Below, piece by piece: positions 19,046 to 28,285 of a stretch of DNA of 64,000 nt. Position numbers and translations under genes: made by a program. The notes beneath the pieces were generated by a model, which had not been told where the DNA came from, ran no database searches, and was given only the letters and a program-made list of their open reading frames with translations. This DNA is from Bacillota bacterium (GTDB lineage: Bacteria; Bacillota; Proteinivoracia; UBA4975): NCBI GenBank assembly GCA_050949165.1, contig JBMNFF010000010.1, positions 150,251 to 214,250 of the forward strand. The letters are read 5' to 3'. Every line of letters starts with the position of its first letter. Positions within the stretch are counted from its first letter, which is position 1.

Positions 19046-19636
19046 TCAGCCTGTCCTTTCCGCCATCCCCCCGGTCTCCAGCCCTCGAAACCTGAATGTG
19101 CAGGCCCTGAGCAGGGAAATAAAGCCCAATATCATAGTGAGCAGGCTCCAGAGCAAAGCACCGGCGCCGCCGCCGAAATACCAGCTCAAGAGGCAGGCAA
19201 AGCCGGTGAGGATAAAGGCGCCGCTCCAATAGAGCACCCGCCTTCTCCTGGCCGCCCCGAAACTGGGCAGGGCCAGGCTCAGGGCGAAGTTGAGCAAGCC
19301 ATCGGGCATCCTGGACCCCGCCGCAAACAGCCAGAGCACCGCCGGGGCGTAGGAGCGGACTAAGACCAGGAGAGCCAGGCCGGCCATGCCCACCGGCAAG
19401 AGCAGGGGCAGGCAGTTCCGTAACTGCCAGAGAGCTATCGTCCCCAAAGCACCCAGGACCAGCCAGTCTTTAATGCTGTGCAGCAGCCATCTGTACCATT
19501 TTATGTTTAATCTTTCCGACCGGTCCAAGGGAAACTGAGGGCGGTCAGCCAGCCTTTCCCAGCAGACCGCCAGCAGATAAAACCTCACCCCCTCCAGGAC
19601 CAGGAGGATGGCGTAGGGGACCAACAGAAGATACAT
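19046..19636 (-). CDS. Membrane protein of unknown function
   Basis: 5-6 hydrophobic segments; directly downstream of rnhA. Confidence 0.7.
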   Translation of the reverse strand: MYLLLVPYAILLVLEGVRFYLLAVCWERLADRPQFPLDRSERLNIKWYRWLLHSIKDWLVLGALGTIALWQLRNCLPLLLPVGMAGLALLVLVRSYAPAVLWLFAAGSRMPDGLLNFALSLALPSFGAARRRRVLYWSGAFILTGFACLLSWYFGGGAGALLWSLLTMILGFISLLRACTFRFRGLETGGMAERTG

Positions 19637-19652
19637 ATCATCACCACCCGGA

Positions 19653-20090
19653 CTAATCGGCATTGTCGGCGATGGCCTGGCGGGCCAACTCATCGCAGCG
19701 GTTGTTGAACTCGTTATCGGCATGGCCCTTCACCCAGACCCACTTGACTTCATGAGGTTTAATTGCCTCCAGGAGTTGCCGCCAAAGATCGATATTCTTT
19801 ACCTTGCCCCCCTTGAAACCCGTCTTCTGCCAGTTGTCCAGCCAGCGGTCATTAAAGGCCTTGACCACCAGGGCTGAGTCGCTGTATACCGTGACCTGGC
19901 AGGGTTCCTTGAGGGCGCGAAACCCCTCGATGACCGCCGTCATCTCCATGCGGTTGTTGGTGGTCGCGGCCTCAAAGCCGCTGATTTCCCTGGAATGGGG
20001 ACCGTAAATCAGGATGGCTGCCCAACCGCCGGGTCCGGGATTGCCTGAACACGCGCCGTCGGTGTATATCCTCACCTGCTTTTTTGTCAT
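19653..20090 (-). CDS. rnhA: Ribonuclease HI
   Basis: YTDGACSGNPGPGG, TTNNRME, WVKGHA.N..N.RCD.LA. Confidence 0.97.
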   Translation of the reverse strand: MTKKQVRIYTDGACSGNPGPGGWAAILIYGPHSREISGFEAATTNNRMEMTAVIEGFRALKEPCQVTVYSDSALVVKAFNDRWLDNWQKTGFKGGKVKNIDLWRQLLEAIKPHEVKWVWVKGHADNEFNNRCDELARQAIADNAD

Positions 20091-20141
20091 TCTTCCACCT
20101 GCCTTCCCATTTAGCTAAAAAGAGAACCGGTCTTGGTTCTC

Positions 20142-20891
20142 TTAATCTCTTACAAAAGAGGCCCAATATTCCCACCCTCGCCGCTGAGGGTGTTCTGTAA
20201 CCTGTATTTTACCGGCCACCGCCAACTGCTGGCAGGCCAATTCGATATGGCAGAGGGCAATTCCCATTTCTATGGGGGTATACTCCCGAGCCAGGCGCTT
20301 GGAAGCGCTGTACAAGTGAACTGCCCCGGCGGTAAACCAGAGCCGCCACGGCTGGCGGTTGATGGCCGAGGGCGCCCAGCGCACCGCTTCCAGAACTGCA
20401 CGCCAGGGCATGCTGCCGCTGCAATCGGGATCAAATACCGCAAGCTTGGCGGGCAGGACCCGCCTTCCCTGCCGGGGCGTCCCCTTGCCCCGGGGCCTTC
20501 CCCAGGCCACCAGGGCCCTGATCCCCAGTTGGTCCCCCAGCCCCAAGTCGGCGGCCAGGCGCTCCTTATTGGAATTGGAGATGGCGCCCACCCAGCATGT
20601 TCCCAGCTCCAGGGCTGTCATTTCCAGGATCGTCCGCTGGGTATGATAGCCCAAATCCTTCAGCGACTCCCGATCCCCAGGAGATATGGCTGCTATGTAC
20701 CAAGGCGCAACCACCCTGCCCACACCCAGGATTCCTCCTGCAGCGGCCTGAGCCTGGTCCCCCGACAACAATCTGAGCTCAAGGGGAGAGGCTTCGCAGA
20801 TTGCCTTTACCTGGGCAATGGTGGCATCGTCCACCGCCGGCTCAAATGAGCGAACCGAGCGGCGCCGCTCAATCAGCTGGAGCCAGTTCAT
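20142..20891 (-). CDS. Nitroreductase family protein (two-domain, TM1586-like)
   Basis: RRSVRSF, LGTCWVG, APSAINRQPW. Confidence 0.88.
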   Translation of the reverse strand: MNWLQLIERRRSVRSFEPAVDDATIAQVKAICEASPLELRLLSGDQAQAAAGGILGVGRVVAPWYIAAISPGDRESLKDLGYHTQRTILEMTALELGTCWVGAISNSNKERLAADLGLGDQLGIRALVAWGRPRGKGTPRQGRRVLPAKLAVFDPDCSGSMPWRAVLEAVRWAPSAINRQPWRLWFTAGAVHLYSASKRLAREYTPIEMGIALCHIELACQQLAVAGKIQVTEHPQRRGWEYWASFVRD

Positions 20892-21784
20892 TGCGAAACC
20901 CCCAAGCTGTATTTTTCCGCCAGGCCGAATTTGCTGCGGGCCCGTTCAAAGCTTGGCAGAAAATCCTGGGGTTGCCGGTACAAGGTCAGCAAATGACTGC
21001 GGCCAAAGGCGCCCTCGATTACCTGGCAGATCCACGTCCCCAAAGGATACTTGGCTGCGAGGTCGGCATTGCCGGAAAGGGCAAAGGCCTGTTCCAGCTC
21101 CCTGGCCAGGGTCGGCGGCGCCATATCGCCGTCCTTGACCTGCAAGTACTGGCGAAGCAACTCGACCTGGGCTTCCCGCCGGGCCTCGGCCTTTTCCCAG
21201 AGCTGATGAACCGGCCCGGAGACCGGCATGGTGAAAAAGAGAGTGGCGCTCCCTTCCCGCAAGAGCGTGCCCAAAAAATTGCTCAGGATCCGAGAGCAGG
21301 TTGTACCCGGGGCAGAAGGATACAGGGATTGGGTACCCAGGCGATGAATCCTGTTGGCCAAGAGCGAAAGGAGGGGGAAGTCCCCCAAAAACAATTTGTT
21401 CGCTCGCAGCTCCAAGGCGAAGGCATTGACGGCTACGGTGTTGCCCTCCGCCGCCAAGGGGGCGGCGCCGCCGGGAACAAAGCTGACCCGGAAATCCGGC
21501 ACCTCTGAGGGCAAGTGCCTCGCCACTTGCTGCTCTATGGAAGCTCCGGAAATGCGTCCCAGACTGTTGAGGACGCTTCTTCCATCGGGTTGTTCCTCAT
21601 TCAAAGCTGCCGCCCTGCCGGATTCTGTCTTGGCCAAGGTCTGGGCAACTTCTGCCGGATCTCTGCCCTGGCTTTGCCAATACAATCTGAAGCCCGGATT
21701 GCCGGCCATCTGAGAAAAGGATTCTGGTTGAGAAATCAGGGCTCTCACCGGCTCGATATCAATGTGTACACCCAATTTAAACAT
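20888..21784 (-). CDS. DUF5700/DUF2268-like zincin homologue with a degenerate metal motif
   Basis: LLANRIHRLG in place of HExxH; downstream EGSAT; Y.LG..I...IE.AFG. Confidence 0.5.
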   Translation of the reverse strand: MFKLGVHIDIEPVRALISQPESFSQMAGNPGFRLYWQSQGRDPAEVAQTLAKTESGRAAALNEEQPDGRSVLNSLGRISGASIEQQVARHLPSEVPDFRVSFVPGGAAPLAAEGNTVAVNAFALELRANKLFLGDFPLLSLLANRIHRLGTQSLYPSAPGTTCSRILSNFLGTLLREGSATLFFTMPVSGPVHQLWEKAEARREAQVELLRQYLQVKDGDMAPPTLARELEQAFALSGNADLAAKYPLGTWICQVIEGAFGRSHLLTLYRQPQDFLPSFERARSKFGLAEKYSLGVSQ

Positions 21785-21868
21785 CACCCCCAAGAGTCGG
21801 TAGCCGCCTCGCATTGCGTCCGGGCCAGCAGGAAACACTAGGTACACCATATGTTGAGGAGGGATCCC

Positions 21869-22024
21869 ATGACAACCAGCTGGATTGTCGTCGGCCTTGG
21901 TGTAGTAGTATCTCTGATTGGCTGGGTAATAGGCGGCAACATCGGCAGCGGCATCCTCGGTTTTGGCCTCGCCCACATTGTCCTGGGGCTTCTGGACACC
22001 GCCAGGCCGACTGTAAGACACTAG
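21869..22024 (+). CDS. Small two-TM protein (51 aa), not in the ORF track
   Basis: MTTSWIVVGLGVVVSLIGWVIGGNIGSGILGFGLAHIVLGLLDTARPTVRH; RBS gaggaggg; terminator at ~22030-22057. Confidence 0.8.
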   Translation: MTTSWIVVGLGVVVSLIGWVIGGNIGSGILGFGLAHIVLGLLDTARPTVRH

Positions 22025-22059
22025 GTAAAGGGCACCGATGCTTCGGTGCCCATTTTTCA

Positions 22060-22419
22060 TTAGTCAAAGAGGAGGTTGTCCCCCTTCTGCAGGCCTGATG
22101 GAGTCTTAATGAGATAATCCTTGGCCCCCAGCTTGAGGGCGTGCTCGATAATCTCCCGCCGCCGATAGGAGGTGACCATGGTGATATCGGGCTTATAGTC
22201 CTCCAGATGAACCAATTCCTCCAAGACCCCGAGACCGTCCAACTTCGGCATTATCACGTCCAAGAAGATCTTGTCCGGCCGGTGCTGTAAAATCCGCTCA
22301 ACCGCTTCGGCGCCATTGCTCACCGAGGCGATGATTTTATAATTTTGTTGTATGGCCCACTCTTCGACCTTGGCCCTGGAAATGGGATCGTCATCGGCTA
22401 TGATGGCAGTTTTCAGCAT
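22060..22419 (-). CDS. Stand-alone response regulator receiver (Spo0A-receiver-like)
   Basis: IADDD, LDVIMPKLDGLGVLE, LGAKDYLIK. Confidence 0.88.
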   Translation of the reverse strand: MLKTAIIADDDPISRAKVEEWAIQQNYKIIASVSNGAEAVERILQHRPDKIFLDVIMPKLDGLGVLEELVHLEDYKPDITMVTSYRRREIIEHALKLGAKDYLIKTPSGLQKGDNLLFD

Positions 22420-22599
22420 AAGCTATTCCCCTCTCCTGCCGTTTTTTTTGTAATTCCACATCAGACCCTCAAATCCCTGCCTGCGAGGGTAAAAATTTCC
22501 CCAAAGGGTGCAATTTTGAAATGCCGAGGAATCAAGGGCGGTTGCATTCAATATCCTGGAAGTGGTAGTATCTCATAAAGAAGACAAGGGGTGATTGCC

Positions 22600-23688
22600 A
22601 TGAAATACCCGATATCCCAGCTGGATTTTGAGCGAGATTTCGCCAGCTTTGTCGACTTAAGCCGAGCCATTTACGGCGACAAAGCCGTGACCGATGAGGC
22701 AATGTTTCGGTGGCTGTTTGAAAAGAACATCTACAACCCCCGGGGAAGCCACTTCTTCCACGTCGCCAAGGACGGGGACAGGGTTGTGGCCTCGGACTGC
22801 CTGATGCCTGTCCCCATTCAGATCGAAGGCAAGCACTACTTGGCGGCCTGGTCCATCAAGACCATGACCCACCCTGATTACCAGCGCCAGGGGATTTTCC
22901 GAGCCATGACGGAACACAATATCGCCCGGGCCAGGGAATTGGGCATCGACGTCATCCTGGGCTTTGCCAATTCCAATTCCTATCCCGGCTATAAGAAATT
23001 TGGCTGGGACGTCCTGGTGGAGCGTCGGGCGGTAATTCGCCCCTTGGATATCAAGGGCAGCCTGGCAAAAAGGAAGGGGCTGGCGCCCCTGGCAGGGATG
23101 GGCAACGCACTGTATAAAAGCCTGGACCGCCGCCGGCTGGCCGCACTGGCCGCCAAGGTCGGCGATTATCATACCGAAATCTGCACCGACGCCCCCCTGA
23201 CTTCCGAGGAAATGTGGTCCAGGATGCGGGCCGCCGTCCCGGTTCTCGTCCAACGGGACCCGCGCTACATCGACTGGCGCTATAATCAGCGGCCCGGGCA
23301 TGACTACAAATTTGCCCTGGCCAGGGACAGGGACAAAGAGGAAGCGATGCTGGTCTTCCGGCACAATCACACCAATGACTCCTGCATCATCATCGACTAC
23401 GTGGGCGCCCCCCACTCTAAAGCCCTGCCCTCCTTGCTGGTGACCACAATCCGCCACTGCCTGGCCCACAACCTTCGCTATATTATCTGCAGTTCCGGCA
23501 GCCTCTTTGACGACTACCTCAACGACCACTTCGGATTTAAGTACCTGACCTCGCCCCTGGCCAACAACATGTTCATCGCCTGCAGGCTCAATGAGGCCAT
23601 AGCCCTGGACACCCTTAAGACAGAGAGCAACTGGTTTTACAGCTACGGCGACAGCGAGCTGGATATCGACCTAGCGCCTCGCCGGTAA
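22600..23688 (+). CDS. GNAT family N-acetyltransferase
   Basis: TMTHPDYQRQGIF, GFANSNSYPGYKKFGW, YIDWRY. Confidence 0.85.
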   Translation: MKYPISQLDFERDFASFVDLSRAIYGDKAVTDEAMFRWLFEKNIYNPRGSHFFHVAKDGDRVVASDCLMPVPIQIEGKHYLAAWSIKTMTHPDYQRQGIFRAMTEHNIARARELGIDVILGFANSNSYPGYKKFGWDVLVERRAVIRPLDIKGSLAKRKGLAPLAGMGNALYKSLDRRRLAALAAKVGDYHTEICTDAPLTSEEMWSRMRAAVPVLVQRDPRYIDWRYNQRPGHDYKFALARDRDKEEAMLVFRHNHTNDSCIIIDYVGAPHSKALPSLLVTTIRHCLAHNLRYIICSSGSLFDDYLNDHFGFKYLTSPLANNMFIACRLNEAIALDTLKTESNWFYSYGDSELDIDLAPRR

Positions 23689-23721
23689 AGAAAAGCCCCG
23701 CCGCCGGCGGGGTTTTTGCTC

Positions 23722-24002
23722 GGGGACGGACCCTGGTTTCAGGACCTGTCCCCAACTTTTTAGTGCCGCTTACCCACCACCAGCAGGACAATTCCTCCCA
23801 CCAGTAACAGGGCGAGGACGCCCAGGCCCAACAGAATAAATAGACTTAGCATATTCATAACCACCTCCATACCTCCTTACCAGCTTGCACGGGGACGGAC
23901 CTTCTGCAATAGTTCCGCTGCGGCGCTAAGGGCCGTCCGCGGCTTCCTTACCGGGGACGGACCTTCTGCGATAGTACCGCTGCGGCGCTAAGGTCCGTCC
24001 CC
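23722..24002. repeat. Cluster of GGGGACGG...CCGTCCCC REP-like palindromes (23722-23753, 23891-23940, 23953-24002)
   Basis: Two near-identical 50-bp units with terminal IR GGGGACGGACCTT/AAGGTCCGTCCCC; related copies at 7225-7255 and 50624-50652. Confidence 0.8.
23760..23858 (-). CDS. Small hydrophobic peptide (32 aa)
   Basis: MNMLSLFILLGLGVLALLLVGGIVLLVVGKRH; RBS ggaggtgg. Confidence 0.6.
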   Translation of the reverse strand: MNMLSLFILLGLGVLALLLVGGIVLLVVGKRH

Positions 24003-24010
24003 ACAGAATA

Positions 24011-25174
24011 TTAAGATACGTCGATTATTCTTACTAGCAGGGAGTCGCCGTACACAGTCTTGGTGACAAAGAGGCGCAGATAACAGGACTTGTTGCCCAC
24101 GGGGTGGGTGTACACACCGTCGTGGCCCTTGTCCTTGTCGGCGGCGGCAATTCCCGCCAGGACTTTAAACCTTGCCACCAACCTAAAGCCCGTATCCCGG
24201 CGCAGGCTGGAGAATTCAGTGAACTCTCCCCCCGACTCCATCTGGATGGAATAGCGGATATCTCCGGACTCAATCTTAAAGGCGCTGACCCCCTTCAAGA
24301 CCGCCAGGGTGATAATCCGGTCGGTAATATAGGGAGCAGGCTCTTTCTCAAAGAGCATGGCGATGTTGCTGGGGTCTGTGATGGCCATGGTCTCCAGCAG
24401 CGCAGGCTCCAGAACGGCGCTGAGGGAATCCTGAAGCATCATATCAAAGGGGTTGCTGACCACCAAGGTGTCCTGGCCCCGCCACTTGATGACCACGGCG
24501 TTATTGGCCCGGGAGAAGGGGGCCGGCAGTTTGCCCAACCTGATGGAATCGGGATCGATGAACTCTACAAAGGGCAAGCCCTTGAAGTCGGCGATGGCCC
24601 TGGCGACTTCTATCTCCTCCAGCCCCAAATTGCCCGCTGCCGAATACAGTTCCTTGTCCGGGACGGCCAGGAGCTCCACTTTTTGGGTCCCCGTCAGGCC
24701 GAGGCGGGTGCAGATATACTCCTGAACCGAGCCGGAAGGCGTATCGGGTTGTCGGGGCGGGGTGCTGGCCATCTCCCGGGTCATCTGCCAGCGCTCTCCC
24801 GTCGTCTGGTGCCTTTCCACCAACTCCCGGACAGTCTGGCGGTTGACAGGCTTGACCAAATAGTCCACAGCGCCAACGGCAAAGGCCCGGGCCCGGTCCT
24901 GCTCTTCCCCCAGTGCCGAGACGAAGATGACGGGAATCCAGGCGGTATCGGGATTTTCTTGCAGGCGGGCAGAAACCTCATACCCGTCCATGTCCGGCAT
25001 CATCACATCCAGGAGGATGGTATCGGGCTTAAAATTTGCCATGGCCCGCAGGGCTTCGAGGCCGCTGGAAGCAGTGACGATGTTATAGCGGTCGCCTAGA
25101 AAGGCTCTGTACTGGTTCAAAATATCCGGGTCGTCATCCACGCAGAGCAAGAAGGGCTTATTAAAATCAAACAT
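24011..25174 (-). CDS. Response regulator fused to PilB/GspE N-terminal domains, lacking the ATPase domain
   Basis: REC (VDDD, LDVMMPDMDG, YLVKP); LPFVEFID...LVVSNPFD; ARFKVLAGI...HDG...TVYGDSLLVRII then stop. Confidence 0.75.
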   Translation of the reverse strand: MFDFNKPFLLCVDDDPDILNQYRAFLGDRYNIVTASSGLEALRAMANFKPDTILLDVMMPDMDGYEVSARLQENPDTAWIPVIFVSALGEEQDRARAFAVGAVDYLVKPVNRQTVRELVERHQTTGERWQMTREMASTPPRQPDTPSGSVQEYICTRLGLTGTQKVELLAVPDKELYSAAGNLGLEEIEVARAIADFKGLPFVEFIDPDSIRLGKLPAPFSRANNAVVIKWRGQDTLVVSNPFDMMLQDSLSAVLEPALLETMAITDPSNIAMLFEKEPAPYITDRIITLAVLKGVSAFKIESGDIRYSIQMESGGEFTEFSSLRRDTGFRLVARFKVLAGIAAADKDKGHDGVYTHPVGNKSCYLRLFVTKTVYGDSLLVRIIDVS

Positions 25175-25475
25175 ACACTATCTCCACCCTGACTAAATAG
25201 TCTCGCAATAGTTCAAGTTGCTCCCTGGTCTTGACGGCATGGGCCTGAATTGCCGCCTGCTCCATGGCTGCGCCGATTTCAGTGATACGATCAAAACCGT
25301 ACCCGCCCCCGGAACCCTTCATGCGATGGGCCAGGCGACGTATGGTCTCAAAATCTCCCTTCTCCAGGCACTGCTCAATCTGCCGGATATCCTCGCGGCG
25401 GTTGTCCAGGTAGCCCGGAATCAAATCCTCTAACTCAGCATCAATTCTGACGACAAATTTGTCCACTTCTCCCAC
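25167..25475 (-). CDS. Hpt histidine phosphotransfer protein
   Basis: LAHRMKGSGGGYGF. Confidence 0.92.
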   Translation of the reverse strand: MGEVDKFVVRIDAELEDLIPGYLDNRREDIRQIEQCLEKGDFETIRRLAHRMKGSGGGYGFDRITEIGAAMEQAAIQAHAVKTREQLELLRDYLVRVEIVYV

Positions 25476-28206
25476 TCCCCCCTAAGTATTCGGAAAGCAC
25501 CTGGAGCAATTTCTCCTTGCGTACCGGTTTTGTTATATGGTCATCGCAGCCTGCAGCGAGGCTCTTGCGCAGGTCGTCGGCAAAGGCGTAAGCCGTCAGG
25601 GCGATGATTGGCGTCGGCGCCGTCCCCCTTTGCCCTTCCAGTTGCCTGATCTGGCTGGTGGCGGTGTACCCGTCCATGATGGGCATTTCCAGGTCCATGA
25701 GAATCAGGTCATACTGCTTGGCCTTGAATTTGGCCACGGCGACTTCGCCGTTTTCTGCCACATCGATGGCATAGGGATGATTGCGCAGATAGGCCTGAAC
25801 CAACAGGACATTGTCCGCAGAGTCTTCCACCAGCAAGATCCGCTTCTCCCCGGGAGCCGCGGTGGCCTTGGTCTCGCGGCTGGGCATTGCCCTGAAGTTC
25901 TGTTCGCCTCGCAACACAGCCTGGACGGTGGCCAGCAACTCCCGCTTTCGCACCGGCTTTGCCAGAAAGGCATTGCACCCCAGTTCCCGGCAACAGTTCA
26001 CTTCGGCAGCGTTGTTGTCGGAAGTCAGCATCATGACAACCGCTGCATCGGCGCCAAATTCCCTGCGAATCTGCCTGACAAGTTCAAAGCCGCTCATCCC
26101 AGGCATCCGACCATCCACTATTATCAAGTCGTACTTGCCATCGACGTGGGCCTCCTGGAAGCGCTTGAGCCCCTGGGGTCCGGACTGAACGCAGTGAACT
26201 CTGGCCCCGGAAGCCGTGAGATATTCCTGAAGGATTGAAAGATTGGTCTCGTTGTCATCTACCGCCAAGATTTTAAGCCCGGCCAATTCAGCTTTTCGAG
26301 AAGGGGGCCTGGACTCACCCCTCAGGGGATAGGTGAAGTAAAAGGTGCTGCCCTGGTCTACTTCGCTCTCCAGCCATATCCTCCCGCCCATAAGCTCCAC
26401 CAGGCGTTTGGAAATCTTGAGTCCCAGGCCCGTTCCTCCATAGCGGCGGGTGGTGGAAGAGTCCCCTTGGGTAAAAGCGGAAAATACCTGTTGATACTTG
26501 TCCCGATGGATGCCGACCCCGGTGTCGGATACCGAGAAGAGGAGCTGGCCGGCATCCGCCGGATCGATTTTCACCTGGATGGCGACCTCGCCCCGCTGGG
26601 TAAATTTAATGGCATTGCCTACGAGGTTGACCAGAATCTGGCGAATGCGGACCGGGTCTCCCTGAATTAAAGCGGGGACCTCGGAACTGACGCGGCAGGC
26701 AATCTCCAGCTTCTTGCTATGAGCAAGGAAGGCAAAGAATCCTGCGGTTTCCTCCACCAACCGACCCGGATCAAACTCGGTTGCTTCCAGGACCAGGCGG
26801 CCCGATTCGATCTTGGAGAGGTCCAGGATATTGTCGATCAAGCTGAGGAGGTGATCCCCCGCCGTCCTGAAGGTATCCACGTACTGCTTCTGCCGGGAAT
26901 CGAGCTCGGTTTCATCCAGAAGCTCTGCCATGCCGATGATGACGTTCATGGGCGTGCGTATCTCGTGACTCATATTGGCCAGGAACTCGCTCTTGGCCCT
27001 GCTGGCCGCTTCGGCGCTGATTCGGGCCTGTTCCAGGGTCTCCATCGCCCGTTTTGAAACGGTGATATCGTCCAGGATGATGACGATCCTGGTGGCCGAC
27101 AACCTGCGGACCGTCCCCAGGTACCACCTTTCTTCACTGGGATATTCGAAACGCACTTCGTCCACTTCATGGCTGATGACATTCCTGATTGCAGCCCCAA
27201 CCTGGTGGACAAACTCCCCCTGTGAAGCGGGCAAAGTCTCAATAAACTCCAGGAAATCCTTGCCCTCCCTGGCCGGCCCTAGAAACCGGCGCTTGCGCCA
27301 GGCGGAATTTGTCCTAACCACCGTCCCCAGGTTGTCCAACAGGGCAATCTGGGCCGAAAGGCTGTTGACCATAGCCTTGGCAAAGCTGTCAGCCTCCTGC
27401 CGCGCCTCTTCGGCATCGAGGAACTTGCTCAGATCAGTAAATATCAACACAGAGCCTCGAATTTCACCGTCTTCGAAGATCGGGTCGGCAGAAAGTTGAA
27501 CAGGCAAGGGAAATCCATCCTTGCGCCAAAACACATCCCGCTCGATTCTTGCTCTCTGACCATGGGCAAGGGACTTGTAGATGGGACACTCGGTCTTGAC
27601 CAGGGGCGTCCCCATGGCATCGGTGTGGTGGATCAGCCGGTGAATCTCCTGCCCGTACAGTTCCTCTTCCCCATAGCCCAAAAGGGTGCAAGCAGCCCTG
27701 TTTATAAAACTCACCTTGCCTTCCCGATCCAAGCCGATGATACCCTCACCCGAAGAGTCCAAGATCTGGCGCAGATTGGTGGCCAGGCGGTTGTACTTCT
27801 CTTGCACTGCTTTGTACTGGGAAATATCGGTAAAGGTGATCACGGCGCCGTGAATTTTCCCCTGCCGAAGGATGGGTCGGGAAGAGGCCGAAACCGGGAG
27901 AGTTGTTCCATCCTTTCGCCAATACAGGGTATCGTGGGTGCGACTGCCCTTGCCGTCCCGAAAGAAGTGAATAGAGCATTGATTTTCGGGAAAGGGAGTC
28001 CCATCGGTCCGGGTGTGGTGAATCAGTTCATGGATATTTGTCCCCACCACTTCACTTTCCTGGTAGCCCAGGATTTCCAGGGCTCGCTGATTGATAAAGG
28101 TGCAGATTCCCCCGACGGTAATTCCGTATATTCCCTCTCCCAATGAATCCAGGAGCAGGCGGTCGCCATCGGTAAGGCTTACAAAGCCCTCTTCGGAGAA
28201 GTCCAT
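25441..28206 (-). CDS. Hybrid sensor kinase (PAS-PAS-PAS-like, HisKA, HATPase, REC, REC)
   Basis: SHEIRTPMN, NAIKFT, DTGVGI, GGTGLGL; two receivers. Confidence 0.95.
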   Translation of the reverse strand: MDFSEEGFVSLTDGDRLLLDSLGEGIYGITVGGICTFINQRALEILGYQESEVVGTNIHELIHHTRTDGTPFPENQCSIHFFRDGKGSRTHDTLYWRKDGTTLPVSASSRPILRQGKIHGAVITFTDISQYKAVQEKYNRLATNLRQILDSSGEGIIGLDREGKVSFINRAACTLLGYGEEELYGQEIHRLIHHTDAMGTPLVKTECPIYKSLAHGQRARIERDVFWRKDGFPLPVQLSADPIFEDGEIRGSVLIFTDLSKFLDAEEARQEADSFAKAMVNSLSAQIALLDNLGTVVRTNSAWRKRRFLGPAREGKDFLEFIETLPASQGEFVHQVGAAIRNVISHEVDEVRFEYPSEERWYLGTVRRLSATRIVIILDDITVSKRAMETLEQARISAEAASRAKSEFLANMSHEIRTPMNVIIGMAELLDETELDSRQKQYVDTFRTAGDHLLSLIDNILDLSKIESGRLVLEATEFDPGRLVEETAGFFAFLAHSKKLEIACRVSSEVPALIQGDPVRIRQILVNLVGNAIKFTQRGEVAIQVKIDPADAGQLLFSVSDTGVGIHRDKYQQVFSAFTQGDSSTTRRYGGTGLGLKISKRLVELMGGRIWLESEVDQGSTFYFTYPLRGESRPPSRKAELAGLKILAVDDNETNLSILQEYLTASGARVHCVQSGPQGLKRFQEAHVDGKYDLIIVDGRMPGMSGFELVRQIRREFGADAAVVMMLTSDNNAAEVNCCRELGCNAFLAKPVRKRELLATVQAVLRGEQNFRAMPSRETKATAAPGEKRILLVEDSADNVLLVQAYLRNHPYAIDVAENGEVAVAKFKAKQYDLILMDLEMPIMDGYTATSQIRQLEGQRGTAPTPIIALTAYAFADDLRKSLAAGCDDHITKPVRKEKLLQVLSEYLGGSGRSGQICRQN

Positions 28207-28285
28207 CCAATCTTACCCCCCATATTCTTCATACCCTAATCTTGCCACTTGATGCAGAGTTTGGCAAGGTTATTGCCCGAATCTG

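Noticed and set aside
21785-22060. N-terminal extension of the 390-aa ORF
   Set aside because: It overlaps a better-supported plus-strand small gene and terminator; the real start is probably 21784.
23891-24002. Possible mini CRISPR array
   Set aside because: Only two 50-bp palindromic units with a 12-bp gap, no unique spacers and no cas genes; fits REP/MITE better.
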